From: Folioceros fuciformis
Lineage: Eukaryota
Direction: 5' to 3'
DNA: 64,000 nt
NCBI GenBank assembly: GCA_049999805.1
Contig: JBNGIO010006327.1
Span: forward strand, 195,394 to 259,393
Positions within the stretch are counted from its first letter, which is position 1. The number at the start of each line of letters is the position of its first letter. Under the pieces are notes generated by a model, which saw nothing but the letters and a program-made list of their open reading frames with translations, was not told the DNA's origin and made no database searches. Below are positions 37,901 to 48,989 of the stretch, in pieces. Made by a program: the position numbers and the translations under genes.

Positions 37901-39667
37901 TTAGACAGCCTCAGAATGGACGGAAAATTATGCATACACCAACCAGACGTTATTGCAGAAACTAGACGACCTCCAGCTCCCTCAATCAGCTCCTTCCACT
38001 TCGCCTGTTAAGATGGAGCATGCAGAGATCAGCAGCCATTGCGCAGCGGGTCCATAACTTCAGACATTGCGAATTCAAAGCCAAGGGCACAGTAGAACAC
38101 CAAGCAAACAGGAGAACACCACGTGAGAGGCAAGGGCCACACACTTGAGATTGAGACAGCCGACCAAGTATGGTGATCACTACGCCTGCCAACGGCCCAT
38201 CAGAAGAAGGTGCGGTAGAGTCTGGCTTCCCTACAATTTTAGCCTCCTGTTTTGGTGATGAGGGCAGGTACAGTCTTTCTGCCTTTACTTTTCGACTTTT
38301 ATACCACTGAAGACAGTGAAACACGACTCATTCTTAAGGGAAGATAGAAAGCAATTATACATATGTTACTTTGCAAATATGGAGCTTCGCATGTGCGCAC
38401 CTGAAGTAGATACTCATTCGAAGTGCCCTCCGGAATCTGCCATCTGCCTCTAAGACGAGCAGGTGCAAAAGTCGCGTAGCTGCACTTGGGATGGGATGAC
38501 CTAAAGCCTTTACACTTGTAAGGCCCACCTTGGTATTCCACAGGACTTGAACACATAGGACACTTGTCCAAGACTCCGAACATCATGCCATCAGCGCTGC
38601 AGGAACAAGTCGATGACAATTAGTATGCAACAGCTGCGCCGAGTTGAACATAACAGCCCCTCCAAATGACTTACCAACGTTCTCTGAGGTCGTTTTCAGA
38701 CCCAGTGGCATCTTGATAATTGGCAGCGAGCATCTTCTTCATCTCTACCATGGTGACATGCTTTTGCAAGTTGTCCATAAAAGCCCCTACTGCCTTCTTT
38801 TGCTTGTCCAACTTCTTCTCAAGGTCAGGGTCGACAGGTAATCTGTCCACAGGGTTATCAACTTTCTCTACAACAACCTTACGTGGCCTCCCCTTTTTCT
38901 TCGGTACCACAGCAGCAGTACTCTCAGTTACTTTTCCATTTTTCACAGAAGCATCTTCTCCCCCTTCCTTCCTAGCACGTTTTTCCACCAGTTCACCATC
39001 TACGCTCGTCTTCTCATCAACAGCACTTGCCTTCCGTTTTTTACTTCCTTCTGGAGAGCCACAGCCTGAGGTCAGAGTCGGCATTCCCAGGGGGACATCT
39101 TGAAGTACAAAGAAGCAAGCACTACAAATATCCACCCTTAGGAACCATTAGGGACAAAGAGTTGCACAATCATACCTGCCACTAGGTTTGTCAAGAACGG
39201 TTTTGCAAGGTCCTGAACCATATTTTGATCGTCAGCTGTCAAAGTCTCCCAGCCCTGGAGCTCTTCTAAAGGAAACACCAGCCAGCCCGCTTCAAGGAAA
39301 CATTTAACGTGCCTCCAGGCTGGTATCTTCCCCCTGAACTTCAGACTCTCTGATGGCACCATACTTGAAACACGGACCTGCACAGTCAGTACTGGAGGTA
39401 AGTACCGCTGCTAACCGTGATGGCACAAAAACGTTATGCAGTGGTGAGAGCACGTACCTCCCCTTTCTCGATCTTTTGACTACAGCCCTTGCAAGTGGAA
39501 CGAGAGCTCTTCGCATTGTCAATTAAATGAGGACCATCAGCACCTGTACCAGTTCGAGCTCCATGGCCTCTGACTACATCAGCAGATAGAACTGCACCAC
39601 CATCCGACTTTTCAGCGTGGGCTGGGTCCTCCACGGGCCACTTTTCCACTCCCTCCTCGTCATCCAT
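34952..39667 (-). CDS. PARP1: PARP1-like poly(ADP-ribose) polymerase (one PARP zinc finger, PADR1, BRCT, WGR, regulatory, catalytic), many exons
   Basis: [82 protein letters not shown]; last exon [14 protein letters not shown]. Confidence 0.93.
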
Positions 39668-41504
39668 CGCGGTTTAGTGGGAAGCGACCTACAACAGGAC
39701 AGGCATCTGTTACATTCGCGAGTTCTTCAATGGGTGTTTATCAATCCCTCTTGCGTGCTGCAGTCAGACTACCTTCCCCCCGAACTTCTTTGACCGGAAT
39801 TCTCGCGCTCCAAGTGTAGCCCGTCCTCAGCCAAGACTAGGTCGTCCGTTCCCAGTACTTAGGGTTTTCTGATCACGGTCCTAGCATTCTTCTTTCCGTT
39901 TCTCACTAAACGCCATACCACCTCTGAAGTTATTGCCCCTACGGTAGTCATAGCCTTGACAAGAGCTGCAGCTGGCCTTGATGACACCCACAACTTCACA
40001 TCCAGCCTGCAAGAGTACTGCAGCTCAGTAACATGAGCAGGCAGCTCACACTCCCACGCTTTTGAAACTGTACCCACGGCCCTCGTCACCCGCACGCTGA
40101 CGTTGGTGGGTACAACGTATGTAGGTACGTACGCATACTGGTTTACATGCATCGTTTCTTATCGAGGTTTACATACATAGATGGTTTTATGGCCCTTTTA
40201 CTCTCGGTATGTTAGGCTCCAAATAAATTCTCGATTAAGGACTGGATCGTTTACATGTTCAGTACTAGAGTACCGTATCTACAAAAACTATCTGTACACA
40301 AGAACATACGAGTAAAACTGTAAGAGCTATCATTAGGGGAGGCACGTTTTAACATAACTAATAAATAAAAGTACATAACTCATACAATTAAGGGTGGGTA
40401 TCCAAGATATAATATGTAAACTAGATATGGAGAAATTTAAATATGCACAACCCACCCACCATGGGACAATGATAAGTATCATGTTAATGGTAGTGCGCAA
40501 GGGTAGGTCTAAAATGTTGCAATCATTTTCTTGGCTTTGAAGAAGTTTTATACTTCTAAAGGGGGGGAGGGAAGGGCAAGGATGAGATAAGACAAGTGCA
40601 AGTATGTGATAAGGTGCAAGCTCAGCAAACTTGGATGAGCATTGCTTTATTGCAAAATAGTGTACTGTAAGATGCAAGTGAAATTGTTATAGATTGAGTT
40701 TTTGGGACCTTTGGTGTTTCATAAGCACATAGCTCCTTTCCTTGTCAACTCACTTATAAGTTCTTATTCTACTTTTATTACTAATCACCATAGCTCGCCC
40801 TACTGAGTATCTAGCACTTTTAATTTTAACACCATCTTTGTGGGATAAGGTGCAAGCCAACACCTAACAAGTCTAATTCCTTTACCCACTCCTTCTAAAA
40901 ATTGTCTCATCTACCCTCTACTTTTAGTACAAACCTTGTAAGGAAGAAGTTAGCATGCTAGAAACTAGTGACCAACACAAGGTAAAGGGATCTCTAGGCT
41001 TAACGATCTTTAAGTTTTACATCCTTGAAGGAAGTGTGCTCGATACTATTGTGCACAACAAGCCTTTGGGTTTATTAGAGGCAATTGCAAGATGGAAAGG
41101 TGGTAGTATCTTTCCGTCTGTCATATATGACTTATCACTCATACATTAGAACATAGAAATTCCAAGGTTATGGATGCTTTCACATTCTTTATGAGTAGAT
41201 CTCTTGCTTGGGCATCCCATGAGGGCAAATTAAAGCTTTGTCTCGCATCTTGTGTGGCGGAAAAAAGCCTTGGGCCTGTCTCCAAGGCTTCAATCTCCAT
41301 TTGGAGCAAACCTCCATTTTTCAACCATTTTGGAGCAAAATGGGTTTAGGGTTTAGCGGCATAGCGAACCATAATGGCATATAGTGAAGCATTTGGAGGG
41401 CTTCGTAGGGTTACTAATTACAACGATGAGTACAACTGTTTGGTTTTGATATTTTTACAAGACTTTCTACATGCGTCTATCATATCATATGGTGCATAAC
41501 ACCC

Positions 41505-42162
41505 AGCCTTTGCCTATTAAGGATACCTCTTGCCTAGTATGTTCTCAACTTTGTTCCAGGGTCAGCCTATTAAGGATACCTCTTGCCTAGTGTGTTTTCA
41601 ACTTTGTTCTAGGGTCAAACAGGTGAAATGCCATATTGGTTATAAGTATAAGGACTTCGATAGGACCACTGGGGTGGCACAAATGTGACTTGCTTCTTCT
41701 TTCAAACTAACTACCAATCCTCTTCTAAGAGATCCCCTTGGGTGGCACAAATGTGACTTGCTTCTTCTTTCAAACTAACTACCAATCCTCTTCTAAGAGA
41801 TCCCCTCAGGCTGCCCCTAGAGTGGCTGTAGCTTCGAGAGCAATTTCATCCTTGTTGGCTCTTTTTCATCCTCATTTTCCATGGGCAGTTTAATCACTTG
41901 TTGGCTCTTTTCCATCCTCTTTTTCCGTGGGCATCTTCCCTTGGATCTTCTTGGTTACGACACGGGCAATGAGGATGTTTGGATTTTGTTCCTTTTCCTC
42001 TTTAGATGGTGCCTTTGGCGCTCTAGGGGGTAGTCCTCCAAGTCATAGGGCCTTTGGCGCTCTAAGGTAGTCCTCTAGATCATAGGGCCTTTGGGGCTCC
42101 AGGGGTAGTTCTCAAGGTCATAGGGCTTTTGGCGCTATAGGGGTAGTCCTCCAGGTCATAGG
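41505..42162. repeat. Cluster of short tandem duplications in AT-rich decayed DNA
   Basis: About 53 bp x2 (41505-41615), about 69 bp x2 (41671-41806), about 37 bp x4 (42010-42162). Confidence 0.85.
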
Positions 42163-43734
42163 GATGACCTATTGGTAAGGATGTGCCATGGGCATCGAAC
42201 ATCCCAAGAGGGCATTGCATTTGGGACATGGGCATGGACGCTTTGGTTGGGTATTGTATTTGGCTACTATGTTTAGCATGCCATGATGGCATGGATTTGG
42301 AAGTTCTAGCCCCATCACCCCCACTCATGCGCTATGTAAGCAAAATGACAAATTATTTAAGGTTACTTTGTATTGTGGTTTCAACTTAAGTACATGAATA
42401 GTAAGAAAAGTATAAAGTTAGCTAACCCAAAATGCCAAAAGCAACCTACAAAAATCTAAAAAATGGAGAGTTTTCTCAAACTCAACCAAACAACTTGCAT
42501 TTTGAATGTGGTATGAAATTATATAAAAAAGAAAAATATAATAGTAATTACTTGAGTAATTATTTTCAACCCATATTTTCCATAAAATGGTTCTTGGTAA
42601 GTTTTTTTTGTTTAACTTAAAATTCACTTTGGGCCCAAACTAACCTTAGTCTTTAAAAAGTGGAGTATGTCTCCACTTTTTAGGAGACTATAAAATTTGT
42701 GCTAAATTTCATTCTTTGTGAAGGGTGGCAATTACAAATATGTTAGGGTTTGGCTTGATGGCACAAAAGCTCTTGGTTTTGTCAACCCCCCTTAAGATTT
42801 GGCATGATGGTGCAAAGCTCTCGGTTTTATCTTACCCCCATTGACTGAAACCCTTGTACTTTACTTCTAGTATGCTTGGTCACCTATGCTAGTACCTTTA
42901 AATGACTATCACCTTCAAACCATATTATTGATAACTATCATATAATATCCTAAGGCACTTCACCTAAACTAAAACAATGCTTGTCTTGTATTATAGATTA
43001 TGGTGTTATAGCACACCAAAGAGGACAAACAATGGTGTCCAAGATTTTTTTTTCAAACACATCTTAAATAGCCTCTATGGCTATTGTGTATTTGAGAAGT
43101 TGTAAATGTGGAGCCTTCTTCCTCGTGCAAGCATCTTTTACTATCACTTGCGCATCCAACACTTAAATGACCCCATCTTGTGCATCCAACTTGATCGGGT
43201 AAAAAGCGCCTAGCACGATCAAATTCATCCAATGTATGATGCCTAGCATTCTTCGGGCATGGGTGCAATGTAAAGGCTTGCACCAAGGGGAGGCCTTAAT
43301 AGGGCTAAGGCCTTGAATTAGAGTGAGCTGACGCCCTTGATGAAAAGCCTTGCAGTGAATGAGGTGAGGCCCGTGATGAAGGGCCTTTGAGTGAACGCTA
43401 GAAGGCCTTAGATGAGGCTCCGTACTAAGGACAAAATGAGGGGCTTGAAATTGTGGCCAACTAGCTACACCATACCCGAGCTCAGATTCCTTAATAACAT
43501 GCCTACTCATGGGAGCAAGCTGGCAATTTTTGTTTGTCCACACTTTTTCTTGTGTGTTCTAAGATTTCGGTACCCACTAGGGCGACATTGACCGTTTTTG
43601 GGAGGGCCCTAGAGCATACAGCTAACCTTAGCGGCCATGAGCAGAAGAATCTAGGAGAACCCAGAAAAAAGTAGTTTGAAATTTCCCCCTTTATGTGCGC
43701 TGTGGTATGACGGAGTTCAAGCATTACACCACAC

Positions 43735-43923
43735 CTCCACTCTCCAGTAGTTGGTGAAAGAGGATTGACTTGATCTTGTTGGCAGCCGTAGTTCACACAT
43801 CTCCACTCTCTAAGTAGTCGGTGGGCTAGAGGATTCACTTGAGCCTGTTGGCAGCGTGGTTCACACATCTCTACTCTTCGGTAGTTGGTGAGCCAGAGGA
43901 TTGACTTGAACTTGTTGGCAGCC
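43735..43923. repeat. About 67-bp degenerate tandem repeat, about 3 copies
   Basis: CTCCACTCT..GTAGTTGGTG..AGAGGATTGACTTGA..TGTTGGCAGC..TTCACACAT units. Confidence 0.88.
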
Positions 43924-44413
43924 ATTGTGTTTGTCAGCCTTGCCGGCCTTCTTTCTCGGGTTTAGAAAGTGCTAGAGATGCTTTAGCGACGGACCTGGAA
44001 CATTGTTGTGTAGACAGTGCCACGGAAAGAATATCAAACGGTCATTCGGCTCTGAAAAGCAGGAAAGTGGGAGTTTGTCAGCACGAGTTAATGCCTGCCA
44101 AGACCCCAGTCAAAGTTCCCCTTAGGAGTGGTGTGGTGGGACTCCGTGTGTACATCCGCGGGATATGATGACAGTAGTGACCTAAACAATGTGCTTCTTC
44201 CCGGTGTTGGCAGACCTTGATGCTAGTGCTGTAGCAGAGATGATTTAGTATTTTATTCTATTCCATGGTAGGTGAAGATGCATCCTTCCGGGAATGAGCA
44301 CAGACACTAAGGGCATCCAGCAGCTGAGCAGAGAGCAGAGCTGGATGGCACGCGCGTCGCGCCTGTACATTTTCACAACCTGTGTTGTTTATCTTGCGGG
44401 GGTGCCGTGCTGC

Positions 44414-45667
44414 TCACAAGGAAGTTGCAGGGCCAGGGTAGCCGTGTCGAGCGGAGGATCCGCCGCTCTTGAACGGGCGCGCGCGGATCACCAGGTCGTG
44501 GTAGGCTGTCGCCAAGGCAGCACCGATAAACGGCCCGACCCAAAACACCCACTGCACAGTGCACACAGGCGGATACCATCATGAGCCAACAGCATGGATC
44601 TCGTTGCTGCCCAGAAGCGAAGCCCACATGCAAACAGTTGTCAAAAACCAGCCAGCCGCATGCCAGCAGCGCCGTACTACCAATGCATTCACCGAAAAAG
44701 CTCACTCACATGATCACGCCAGACTTGGTCGTGGTCCACGACGGCAGCGACTCCGAAGCTCCTGGCTGGATTGATTCCCGTCCCGGTGATCGGAAGCGTG
44801 CCAAGGATCACCAGAAACACCGCGAATCCGATCGGCAAGGGCGCGAGGATCTACCGTGCAGCGCATTGGGAGCTGGTCAGAGCTGGATTCAGCGTTACCC
44901 ACCAATAATCAACACACCTCCATCCTGAACTCGATTCATACCGGAACGTGAGAATCACGGGCATTCCTCTTGGCGTCGGTAGCCGAGAGCACGGTGTGGA
45001 CGAGGACGAAGGTGCCAACGATCTCGGCTCCCAGCCCCGTCGCCTTGGTGTATCCGTGCTGCACGGTGTTGGCGGCCCCCGCGCCGTATCGGTCGAAGAA
45101 CGCGGACTGCCATCTCTTCACCAACCCCACCCCCGCCACGGCTCCAGAACACTGCGCCACTGCGTAAATGAAAAATCTGGGGAGCGACACCTTCCTGGCC
45201 AGTAGGAAGGCGAAAGTCACTGCCGGATTGAGGTGCCCACCTGTAAGACCACAATCGCAGAACTGATGTGAGCAGTAGCAGACATATCATGCCATCGTCA
45301 CCACCCAGCACAAAGACCGACCCGAGATGCCAGCGGTGGCGTAGACGAGCACGAAGATGGCTCCCCCGAACGTCCAGGCGATGGCGCGGATCCCGGCTCC
45401 GGACCCGGGCTCGGCCTCCTCGTTGCGGAGGTGGCCGACGATGGTGTTCACGGCGAGGTAGAGGAAGATCAGTGTCGCCACGAACTCGGTGATGGCTGCC
45501 CGCCAGAGGCCCCAAGTCCCGAGCTCGGCGGTATCGAAGAGCGCCACAGGCGGCGTCTCTTTGTAGTCCTTCGGGAGTAGGAGCTGCGGGCCCGTACCCA
45601 GAGGAACTCGCTCCTTGAATCTTGCGGCTCCTACGTTCACATCTTCGGTCGAGGCGGCGTCCGCCAT
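44414..45667 (-). CDS. PIP1: Plasma membrane intrinsic protein (PIP1-like aquaporin), 4 exons, atypical filter
   Basis: [83 protein letters not shown]. Confidence 0.94.
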
Positions 45668-46154
45668 CGTCCGAGAATGAACTCCCTTGCTGCCTGCGGA
45701 GCGGATGCAAAGCGCCGGCTACGAGACGAACAGAAAGTATGGCATTTGAGAAGCAGAGCGCTCAGCGCGGGGATGCTGCCGCTCTGTCTGCTGCCACTTG
45801 CATATATTTGATAGGTGCACGAGGAAGGAAGCGCGGAGGCCGTACATAGTGGAGTCAGGCATCCGACGCATTATGTGGATTTCCCGCTTTCATGCTTATG
45901 AATGTAGACCAGCTTTGTGTCAGGATGCCACCACATTAACAGGGCATCGTATGGAGTTGTATGACAACAACCAAGTCAGGGCAGGTGCGGCTGGGCTAAG
46001 AAATGGAAACCAACAAGGCAGCTTGCAAACGTTCCACGAAATCATTCATGTGAATGTAGTAGTCTCTCGTGCAGGCGTATCCGTGTGCAACTGTCGGCAA
46101 TACGGAATCCGAAGTCGAGCAAGGGAAGCCTGAAGGTGATAGTCCACAAATTAG

Positions 46155-46345
46155 ACTTGAGAGCGAGGGCTCCAACCTGATGTGCTTGCAGCTATGCCAC
46201 TTACGTTAGCCCAGTCTAGATGATGCTGAGCATTTCAGACCAATGCAGAAGGCACCCGATTCTGTGACATTCGTTTGCCTCCTGCAGACATGTGCAAGTA
46301 CGTGGGCACCCCAGCGTGAAGATGGGAAAGCAGCTTTATGCACGA
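46155..46345 (+). pseudogene. PLS-class PPR fragment
   Basis: ERGLQPDV, PDSVTFVCLLQTCAS, then a frameshift to MGKQLYA. Confidence 0.65.
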
Positions 46346-46779
46346 CGGAGCAAAGCTACGTTGTCTCCGTGGTCCACCTCGGCATATCCTCCTATCACGC
46401 CATTTAACACCACGCTTGCGGAAACTGTTACATATCTGCTCGAGATCCTTCCTTCATGCTCTCGCACTTTGCACATGAACTAACCAGAGTGCTTCCAACA
46501 AACGTTCTGGATTCAAAATTCCCCCTTCCCGAACTCGAACATGGATTTGCTTCCCCTTTTGCAAGAACCGCCCTTTTTCATTACGCCTGCTAAGAGCTGC
46601 ACTCCTCCTTTTCTGCAATGCCGCCACACGCCCGGATGGCAGTCAAAGAATATTCAAGCATTCGGACTAATGCCAGTCTCTGGCATCCGCCAATGCTGCT
46701 TGCCCTAGACAGGAAGGGCTCCCAGGCCTCCCAGGCCCTGCCTAGCTGGTGATGAACCTGGAGCCAATGCTCGTGGTCT

Positions 46780-47370
46780 TAACAGGCATTGCCTCGAGGT
46801 TCATCACCGCTCTCTGTCATCATCAACGCCTCAGGCACACGACGTCGCTGCTGAGTCACTTGGGTGTGCCGCTGGCCTAGAGAAGATGAGTCGATTACAG
46901 GGCTCTTGGCCGGCAGATCCGAGTCTGACGAAGTCTTCACTCTAAGCAAGTTGTAGTTGTATTTCACGTTCTTCATGGTGGGCTTGTCAGTGCTTCCATA
47001 GTCCTCAGTGCTTCCGAAATGCGCGATGACACCGTCCAGTGACTAGTCCGATCAAGCAACCTGGTCCCACATTTTGCATGCATGTTGGCCGAAAAGTCGT
47101 CGACCAACAGCTCAGACCTGATGTCCTCCACATAATTTGCACATGGACCTGCTTCTCCGCCTCCAAAGCTTGGATGCACACATTTGTGCATGCGTGCAGG
47201 AGGCACACAAATGTCACACAGTTGGTTACGGAGAGGTCTTCTTCTTGTAGGGAGGGACACCTTAAAGATGAAGGGCCTCCCTCCCTTCGCCCTACAGTGA
47301 ATGCATGATGTAACTACATCTTTCTGACGAACACCATCAGACACCCTGAGCATCTTCCCAGTGCTAAGAG
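46780..47370 (-). pseudogene. PLS-class PPR fragment, frameshifted
   Basis: KDVVTS, VTFVCLLHACTNV..ALEAEKQVHVQIM, NMHAKCG. Confidence 0.65.
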
Positions 47371-48989
47371 ACATACAAGTGTACCAAACTGTTGGCTAAA
47401 ATCCACATCATTCAACTATCTTTGACCTCTGATTTTTGCTTGAAGCTGCTTCCTCCATCTCCAAAACCCGCACACGCAGATGGCAGGAGGCACGCGATTG
47501 CCATTGAATTGGCTGTAGTGACACGCCCTCTCCTTGTGTGGCACTGTACAGGGCCAATGGCTTCCAGATTCACGCCCTGCCGGGAGTACCCTGCACACTT
47601 GGCATTCCCCTCACCACATGTTCCCGATCAAGTCTATCAAGCAATATCTCTGAGCATGCTCCAGACTGAAATCCTTTGCACCTATTGTCTAGGGCCTATG
47701 CGAACAGAAGAAAAATACTATCCCCGCTGGCACCATATGACGGATACTGACATTGGGCTCTGCCGTTCCGCTACAGTGTTTCAGCCTTCACAATTGTCGC
47801 ACTCGATACAGTAGGACTTCCAGAGGGATTGACATGTAGCCAATACTAAACCGCATAAATCAAGAAACTGGGTGAGGACGCCCTGAGCTGGAATGACTCC
47901 TGTCAAGAGGCTCCGTCAGATAAAAACAGACTTCACACCAAGACCTGCCTGCCAAAGGCGAACGAAGCTTTATAGGTACCACCCTCCATTATGCGATGCC
48001 AAGGACGGAGGCGTACTTGCTGACCCTAATTAAAGGCCTCCTCACCTCCCAACAATAAAAGCAAGTACATTCTTGGTTTGAGCAAGAGTTGTCTAACCAA
48101 TCCCTCTTAATAAAATTTCGGATTTGGAGGTGCCCTTGCCACCGGTTGTTACTAGGAGGTTAGACTTTATCCTCCACCCCAAAATCCTAACTTTATACTA
48201 GAGAGGCATCTTATTGCTAGACTTATTTTGAGGGGTGGTGTGTACTAGCTACTTATATGTTGTGGGCTTACTCTACTTGTTTGAGGGATGGTATACACTT
48301 ACCACCACATGTGTTGTGTGCCTACTCCACTACATTCCTTCAAGCCACATGTGTTGTGTGTCTACTCCACTACATTCCTTCAAGTGAACATTGTGATGCT
48401 GACCTGCAAATGCCATGATTTTACATGAAGGGGATGGTGTCTCAAGCCACCACTACATTCCTACAGGTGAACATTGTGATGCAAACTTTGCAAATGCCAT
48501 GATTTTACACATAGGGGGTGGTGTCTTCAGCCACCACATGGTGCCTTCTCGCTCCTAGTTTTCGAGCTATAAACTAGTAGGCCTTCAAGAGGAGACTAGT
48601 TAGGCCTTCAAGAGGAGTAGAATTGTGTCACTTGGTCTTGGTTAGATGATGCTAGGACGGATAGGGTCTATCTAGACCTCACGAAGGCGTGTTGATTGGT
48701 CGTGGTAAGGAGTAAGGTTAGGTTTTTCGTCTTAAGCTAGTGGCCTCAGCATATGAGGCAACAGTCACGACTCTCTGCACCCGTCATTCGACATCACAAT
48801 CCCCTAATTCACAAGAGGTCCTAAATTTTATGGCGAAGAAGCTTTTCTTATATGGATAGGGCGATATTTGGCCGAGCCCTCATTTATGCCCCACATCTTT
48901 CTTTAGGTAGTTTTTTTGGAAAATCTATAGCCATCTCTAAGACTACTGTTCTCCTCAAGAATCTCTCCAATGGTTTTTGGTTTTGCAAG

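Noticed and set aside
40330..43550. Protein-coding genes in the AT-rich block
   Set aside because: Short ORFs with no motif I can support; probably old TE debris, family not assignable by eye.
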